NCBI GenBank assembly: GCA_963806225.1
Contig: CAWDXG010000004.1
Span: 960,001-1,024,000 of the forward strand
Direction of reading: 5' to 3'
DNA: 64,000 bases
Source of the DNA: an uncultured delta proteobacterium
GTDB taxonomy: Bacteria > Myxococcota_A > Polyangia > Polyangiales > Polyangiaceae
Below the pieces are notes generated by a model. The model was not told where the DNA came from. It saw nothing but the letters and a program-made list of their open reading frames with translations, and made no database searches. The first letter of the stretch is position 1; the number at the start of each line of letters is the position of its first letter. A program made the position numbers and the translations under genes. Below, one piece after another: positions 54,735-64,000 of this stretch.

Positions 54735-55724
54735 ATGGCCGATTGGTACGTCCGGCACGATAACGAGGACCCGATCGGTCCGGTGCCCGCGGAGCTGCTG
54801 GTACGCGGCATCGCGGCGGGCAAGGTACCGGCGGACGCCGAGGTGTGCGAGATCGGCACCGACGAGTGGTTGCCACTCGAGGCGATCGAGGAGTTCCAGG
54901 ACGCCTTGCCCGATGACGGCGTGCAGACGCGGGTGATCGAGTCGCCGTGGTTCATGGACCAGACGAACCCGAGCCGACCGGGCGCTACGCTGCCCGCGGC
55001 CTACACCGAGGACGACGACGCCGCCACGCGCGTCGCTTCCACGCCGTTCGGCGACTCGCAGCCCGGCGTTCCACTGCCGTCGTCGCCGCGTCCCGCGGCC
55101 GGGGTGCCGAAGCCGCCCGTCGCTTCGCGACCGGTCGCCTCACGACCGGTCGCCTCGCGACCACTGGCGCCGCCTGCACCGCCGCCGTCCCGACACGGCG
55201 CGCCGCCGCCGCCCATATCGTCGCGGCGCGGCGCTCCCCCGCCTCCTGCAGCGCCATCGAAGCCGCGAAAGGCGCCTTCCGCGCCGCGGGCCCAGCCACC
55301 ACCGAAGCCGGCCGCGGGCGCGGCGTCGGCCCGCTACGACGAGGTGGACGACGACGCCGCCACACGCGTCGCGCAGGCGCCGAGCGAGCGCGCAGCCGCC
55401 TTCCCTCCCCCACAGCCTGCAGCCGGCACACCGGCAGTGCCTCCGGCTCCGCCGGCGCTTACCCCGCTGCCTGGCGCAGGACATGCCGCGCTGGCTGGGA
55501 GTCTGGACGCCACCATGCCGGACACCCCGGCGGCGCGTCCGGCACCGCCGGCACGTCCCGGGGCACCCACGGTGCCAGCGACGCGGCAGCCACCCCAGGG
55601 TCCGCCTCTTCAGCCCCAGCCCGCGCCTGCACCTGCGGAGCGAAGCCTGTTGCCGCTGGTGCTGTTGATCCTCGTGCTGGCACTGGCGCTCGTCGCGGTG
55701 CTCTACCTGCTCGCGAACCGCTAG
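54735..55724 (+). CDS. GYF_2-like domain, Pro-rich linker, C-terminal TM anchor
   Basis: WYV...GPV...L...I..G.V...EV...G..EW.PL; C-terminal [19 protein letters not shown]. Confidence 0.75.
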   Translation: MADWYVRHDNEDPIGPVPAELLVRGIAAGKVPADAEVCEIGTDEWLPLEAIEEFQDALPDDGVQTRVIESPWFMDQTNPSRPGATLPAAYTEDDDAATRVASTPFGDSQPGVPLPSSPRPAAGVPKPPVASRPVASRPVASRPLAPPAPPPSRHGAPPPPISSRRGAPPPPAAPSKPRKAPSAPRAQPPPKPAAGAASARYDEVDDDAATRVAQAPSERAAAFPPPQPAAGTPAVPPAPPALTPLPGAGHAALAGSLDATMPDTPAARPAPPARPGAPTVPATRQPPQGPPLQPQPAPAPAERSLLPLVLLILVLALALVAVLYLLANR

Positions 55725-55742
55725 CGAGGGAGAGCACGGGCC

Positions 55743-59339
<3,597 letters not shown>

Positions 59340-60497
59340 GCCGACGGGGCTCCCGCATCGGCCGGCGCGGCCTTCACGACTTCCGCCTGGATGGCGGCGC
59401 GCAGCTGGAGCGCCAGCATGCAGCTGTTGGCCTGGCGCTGCGCGGCGGCCGCGGTCTCCTTGTCGCGAACAACGCGATCGCCGACAGGAATGATCCTTCC
59501 CTGTGCGCGCGCCCTGAGCCCCGCCAGCTGCTTGCCGCTCTGCAGATCCCACACGCCGATCCGCGCGAAGTGATCGGTGCGCTGGACGCGCTGCTCGTCG
59601 GTTTCGGCGCCTGCATCGCCCAGCGCCTTCGGCAACCCGTGTGCCGGCGTCTCGTCCAGCACGGCTGTGAAGTACCTGGCCCGCGTCAGGATCTCGATCG
59701 CGATGGGCACGTCGTTGTGGGTGACGCGATCCAGGTCGCGGTCGTACGCTGTGATACCCAGATCGCTGCTCGCCTGGTGCAGCTCGTCGGACCATTCGGT
59801 CGACAGCACGCGGAGCGCTCGATACGCGAGCCGCATGTTGTACGGCTCCGCCGGACGCGTGCACACGTCCCACTCGTTGCAGAGCAGGCCGGGGGCGCAG
59901 TCGGAAAGCGCCTTGCAGGGCGGGCCCTTCTGCGGGTCGACGGCCTTCGACCTCACGAAGAAACACGACGTGAAGCCGTCGTGCAGCGAGCTGGACGACG
60001 CTTTGCGGATCGATTTCGCGCTCCGCGCGTTCTCGATGTCGAGTCGCAGGTACACGCCGGGGCTGTGCGTGATGTTCGACAGGTCGACGGAAGGCGCCAC
60101 GTAGTCGCCCTTCCAGGGGCCGGCGAGCTTCTGCACCCAGCCCTCGATGCGATCGCGAAACGGCAGGATCTTCGGGCCGAGCGTCTTGGCGATGGCACGC
60201 TGCTTGGCCATCACCGCGCTCCTCTGGCTTTCGAGGCGACCCTCGGTGATGCGCCAGTAGACGACCCCGAACGCCCCGAGAACGACCGCCACCCAGATCC
60301 AGAACTGGGGCGTCACCCCCACCAGGCGCGCCTTGCCGAACGGCGTCGCGCGCCGCCGTTCGGCGCGCGCCTGGTTCAGAGAAGGGAGCCCAGGCTGGTG
60401 CTCCTCGCGCCCGCTTCCGCTTTGCTTCGCCAAGGCCTGCGCCCGGGATCAGCCGACTGGTCCGCCGGGGCGCGTGCGCCCGGCTGGACCGGAGGCA

Positions 60498-61070
60498 TCA
60501 GCCACCGGGCTTGCCCAGACGGCCGACCATGAAGCTGATGTTGGGAAAGCCGGCGAAGGCCGAGGTCTGGAACACGCTCTTGACCACGAGCGCGGGAACC
60601 TTGCGGTCGACCTGGAGGATGGCCACGCCCGGGAAGGGCTTGCCGGGATTGACCTGCTTCCACAGCTCGCGCTTGTTCTTCAGCACGTTGAACAGCTCGT
60701 CCACGCGCTGCAGACGATTGGCTTCCTCGATGGCGCGGGTGCTGCCCGCCGGGTTTCCGTCGACGAGGATCTGCGTGCCGGTGATCGCGACCATCGGCGC
60801 GTCCACCATGTCCATCACGTTCTCTGCCTTGGGCAGCGTGACATTCTTGTCGACCGGCATCTGGCCGGTCGCCGAGAAGCTGGCCAGCAGGAAGAGCACG
60901 ATGCAGAGCAGGAAGTCGATGAACGGGATCAGCGGGATCTCGTGATTCGACGAGCGCCGTGCGCCGCCGACGACCTTCTGCCGCACGAACCCAAGTGGGA
61001 TGTGGTGCAGCAGCCGACGGCCCGGCACCTTGATGGGCTGCTCGAAACGGGAAAGAGCCTTTTCCGACAT
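60498..61070 (-). CDS. aglS: ExbD/TolR-family protein, AglS-like
   Basis: IKVPG N-terminus, IPFID TM Asp, FSATG, ILQVDRKVP. Confidence 0.75.
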   Translation of the reverse strand: MSEKALSRFEQPIKVPGRRLLHHIPLGFVRQKVVGGARRSSNHEIPLIPFIDFLLCIVLFLLASFSATGQMPVDKNVTLPKAENVMDMVDAPMVAITGTQILVDGNPAGSTRAIEEANRLQRVDELFNVLKNKRELWKQVNPGKPFPGVAILQVDRKVPALVVKSVFQTSAFAGFPNISFMVGRLGKPGG

Positions 61071-61076
61071 GATGAC

Positions 61077-61646
61077 TCAGTTCACCGCGAAGGTGACGTT
61101 GAAGGACGGCACCTTCTCGCTCTTGCCTCCGAACGAGAAGTCGCGCTGCGGCGTGTAGATCGCGTCGATGACCGCGATCACGTCCGAGAAGGGCGTGGTG
61201 TTGTCGGTGTGGAGCACGGCCTGATCGAACTTCTTGTCGGTCGGCGCGCGGTGGCTGCCGTTCTGCTTCCATTCCGAGGAGATCTTCTTCGCCAGGTCCG
61301 GGTACGTGTAGTCACCCGACGAGCCGATCTTCACCTTCTTGCGGGGAACGTCGATCGTGTTGACCACGGTGCTCCCCTCCTTCCAGACGAGCTGGAACTT
61401 GCGGTCGCCCCGCATCTCGACGTGAAGCTGCTTCTCCTTCTTCACGTCCACCGGCTGATCCGGCTTGGGAGGGCCGGGCACGCGGGCGTCGGCGTTGATC
61501 CGGGCCATCTGCGACCAGACGGCCGTGACCAACAGGAACATCACGAGGCACAGGAGGAAGTCGATGAACGGGATCAGCGGGATCTCGTGATTCGACGAGC
61601 GCCTCCCTCCGTGACCACCACCACCACCGGTATCGATACCAGCCAT
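61077..61646 (-). CDS. aglQ: ExbD/TolR-family protein, AglQ-like
   Basis: MAGIDTGG, IPFIDFLLCLVMFLLVTAVWSQ, VIAVID. Confidence 0.75.
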   Translation of the reverse strand: MAGIDTGGGGGHGGRRSSNHEIPLIPFIDFLLCLVMFLLVTAVWSQMARINADARVPGPPKPDQPVDVKKEKQLHVEMRGDRKFQLVWKEGSTVVNTIDVPRKKVKIGSSGDYTYPDLAKKISSEWKQNGSHRAPTDKKFDQAVLHTDNTTPFSDVIAVIDAIYTPQRDFSFGGKSEKVPSFNVTFAVN

Positions 61647-61737
61647 TGCTGCTCCTTCTAGCTACGCCCTGTCAGACAAATGCCAGTCCGACGGGGCCGC
61701 ACCACGCTGGCGCGGCCCGCCGGCATGCGCTGGCTTC

Positions 61738-62397
61738 TCAGGCCGCCTGCTCCAGGCCCTGGAGATTGACCTTCTGACGGTTGGCAACGACCAGGTTGAG
61801 GATCTGGACGGACGACTCGTTGATGTCGTCCTCGATCTGCTGGGTCTTGCCGTTGAGCACGGCGAAGCCGACCAGCGCGGAGATGGCGGCGATCAGACCG
61901 AAGGCCGTGCAGTTCATCGCCTCCGAGATGCCCTCTGCCAGGATGCGCGCCTTCTGGCTCGGATCGATCGACTCGCCACCGACGGCGCCGAACGCCTTGA
62001 TGAGTCCGACAATCGTTCCGAAGAGGCCGGTCAGCATCGCGACGTTGGCGAACAGAGCCAGGTAGCCGGTGCGCTTGTTGATGCGCGGCATCTCGCGCAG
62101 GGCGGCCTCGTCCATCGCGGCCTGCACCTCTTCGTCAGGCCGATTCACCTTGACCAGACCAGCCTGGACAATGCGAGCCAACGGAGCGTTGGCGGCCGAG
62201 CACATCTTGACGGCCTTGGCTACGTCGCCAGCGAGGATGCACTTCTGCATCGTCGCAAGGAACACGTCTTTGTTGATCGACGCGCCCCACAGATAGACGG
62301 CGCGCTCCGCGATGACAGCGATGGCGCAGACCAACCAGAATAGGATGATCCACATCGCCCATCCGCCCGCCTGAAAGTGATGCCACAGAGTCGACAT
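61738..62397 (-). CDS. aglR: MotA/TolQ/ExbB proton channel, AglR-like
   Basis: AAMDEAALRE, GLFGTIVGLI, GISEAMNCTAFGL; followed by two TolR homologs. Confidence 0.8.
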   Translation of the reverse strand: MSTLWHHFQAGGWAMWIILFWLVCAIAVIAERAVYLWGASINKDVFLATMQKCILAGDVAKAVKMCSAANAPLARIVQAGLVKVNRPDEEVQAAMDEAALREMPRINKRTGYLALFANVAMLTGLFGTIVGLIKAFGAVGGESIDPSQKARILAEGISEAMNCTAFGLIAAISALVGFAVLNGKTQQIEDDINESSVQILNLVVANRQKVNLQGLEQAA

Positions 62398-62951
62398 TGC
62401 TGGTTACCTTCCGGTTGTGTTCGGCTTTTTTCTCGGCGTGGGTTCGGGCCCCCCCGGCTCCGCCTGGCGGACCGGGAACCGACTTCAGCCACATTCGTCT
62501 CGATACCCGCTCCACCCATGTCCACGGAGCGGACGGAGCCATCTTGCTGAAGCAGACCCCACACAGTCAAGAGAGATTGGGTCGCCGGGAAGTATTCGCG
62601 CGGCAGCATAAAGTTACAGGAATCCAACATGTTCCGGCATTTTCATGTTGCCCGGCGTCGGTCGCTTTTTGCGCGCGGACATTCCACCGGGTCTTCTCCG
62701 CCCCGTCGACAGAAGGACACAGCTCCCCTCCGCGCAGGAGCCGCACCGGGCGATATCGAACCACCTCGATAAGTACCGACGCCCGGGCCAGGCGTCGGCC
62801 GTCTGGTCGGCAGCCCATGCACCGGCGGGTAGCGTCCCGGACCGCCCGCGGGAAAGGCACGCGAGCGTCGGATCCCATGCGCCTGACATGCGCAGGAGGA
62901 CGCGCCGTTTCGACCCGTCCGCGGAGCCAGACCGTTCGTGAATCCGCACGC

Positions 62952-62981
62952 TTGCACTGTGTCTCGCGCGGCGGCTATAGT
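62952..62981 (+). promoter_or_regulatory. Possible sigma-70 promoter
   Basis: TTGCAC-N18-TATAGT, about 80 nt upstream of 63061. Confidence 0.45.
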
Positions 62982-63060
62982 CGCGCCTGCTTCAGCGCGG
63001 CGTCGCGCGGGGTGCGCACCAACGACGTCAGAAGAATGATCCTGGGAAAGGGATAGCCGA

Positions 63061-63738
63061 ATGCAGCTCCTGCTTCTTGCAGCGGTAGGTTCATCAGGCC
63101 ACGCGAGCCAGTTGGTCGAGGCGTTCAAGAACAACCCGACCTTCCTCACCTTGAATCTGGTGACCTCGGCGGTCGTGATGACCATCGTTGTCGAGCGATT
63201 CTCGTTCCAGTTGACGCGCTATCGCGTCAACTCGAAGGAGTTCTTCGCCCAGGTCAGGAAGCTCGTCGTCGCCGGCAACATCGACCGCGCTATCAAGCTC
63301 TGCGAGGCCAGCGACTACCCGATTCTGCAATTGGTCAAGTCGGGATTGACGCACGCCAACAAGGGTCCGGACGAGATCGACGCGGCGTTGAGCGAGAAGC
63401 TCTCCGAGCTGAAGCCTCAGGCCGAGAAGAGGGTAGGTGCCCTCTGGTCGCTAGCCAACATCGCCACCCTGATCGGCCTGCTCGGCACGGTCAGCGGCTT
63501 GATCCGGACGTTCAACGCGATCTCCGCGGCGGGCCTTTCCCAGGCCGACAAGCAGCGCATGCTGTCCAACGGTATCGCAGAGGCGATGTACAACACGGCG
63601 CTCGGTCTCGGCATCGCCGTGTTCTGCATGATCACGCACATCATCCTCCACACGCGCGCCAAGGCCATCCAGCATGACCTCGACTCGACGATGGAGCGCA
63701 CGTTCAATCTGCTGACGATCCAGCAGCGCGGAGGCTGA
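63061..63738 (+). CDS. Second MotA/TolQ/ExbB proton channel
   Basis: ANIATLIGLLGTVSGLI, GIAEAMYNTALGL. Confidence 0.9.
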   Translation: MQLLLLAAVGSSGHASQLVEAFKNNPTFLTLNLVTSAVVMTIVVERFSFQLTRYRVNSKEFFAQVRKLVVAGNIDRAIKLCEASDYPILQLVKSGLTHANKGPDEIDAALSEKLSELKPQAEKRVGALWSLANIATLIGLLGTVSGLIRTFNAISAAGLSQADKQRMLSNGIAEAMYNTALGLGIAVFCMITHIILHTRAKAIQHDLDSTMERTFNLLTIQQRGG

Positions 63739-63750
63739 GCCAAGGCGCCT

Positions 63751-64000
63751 ATGGCCCAGGCCCCTACCCCGCTCAGCGCCGCCCAGCGGGCCAAGGTCCG
63801 CCGGTTGAGCGAGCCCCAGGAGCTGTCCCCCGATGAGGAGGGCGGCGAGCTCAACATCGTTCCGTTCCTGGACATCATCGTCAACATCCTGATCTTCATG
63901 CTGGCGACGATCTCGGTCACGTTCATCGCGACGATCGACACGACGCCGCCGGCAAGCCACTCGGCGGGCGTCCGCGCCAAGGTCAAGAGCGAGGCGCTGA
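63751..64000 (+). CDS. ExbD/TolR-family protein, runs off the window
   Basis: GGELNIVPFLDIIVNILIFML. Confidence 0.85.
   Translation, partial: MAQAPTPLSAAQRAKVRRLSEPQELSPDEEGGELNIVPFLDIIVNILIFMLATISVTFIATIDTTPPASHSAGVRAKVKSEAL

Overview
High-GC chromosomal window, most likely from a myxobacterium (Myxococcota, Polyangiaceae-like). The assignment is inferred from an MglA-type GTPase, an AglRQS-like motor, a MYXO-CTERM protein, a Ser/Thr kinase and Cys/Gly-rich lipoproteins. Many conserved genes in the first ~26 kb are broken by single-base insertions, very probably long-read errors. Contents: two different class II (B12) ribonucleotide reductases, thiL, an orphan MglA-like GTPase coupled to a PocR-type histidine kinase, a thrB/M48/dynamin/argH run, hflX, a FabH-like gene, typA, a nadB-CPBP-patatin-tandem-Tudor lipoprotein operon, etfBA, tRNA-Pro(CGG), archease-rtcB, clpSA, a near-complete ethylmalonyl-CoA pathway (ecm, meaB, ccr, Chloroflexus-type mcl, mcl2, mcd, mch), 5-oxoprolinase, and two divergent TolQ/TolR-family motor operons. 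Several clear operator or promoter sites are visible. No CRISPR array, integrase or transposase was seen. All family assignments come from motif recognition by eye, not from database searches.
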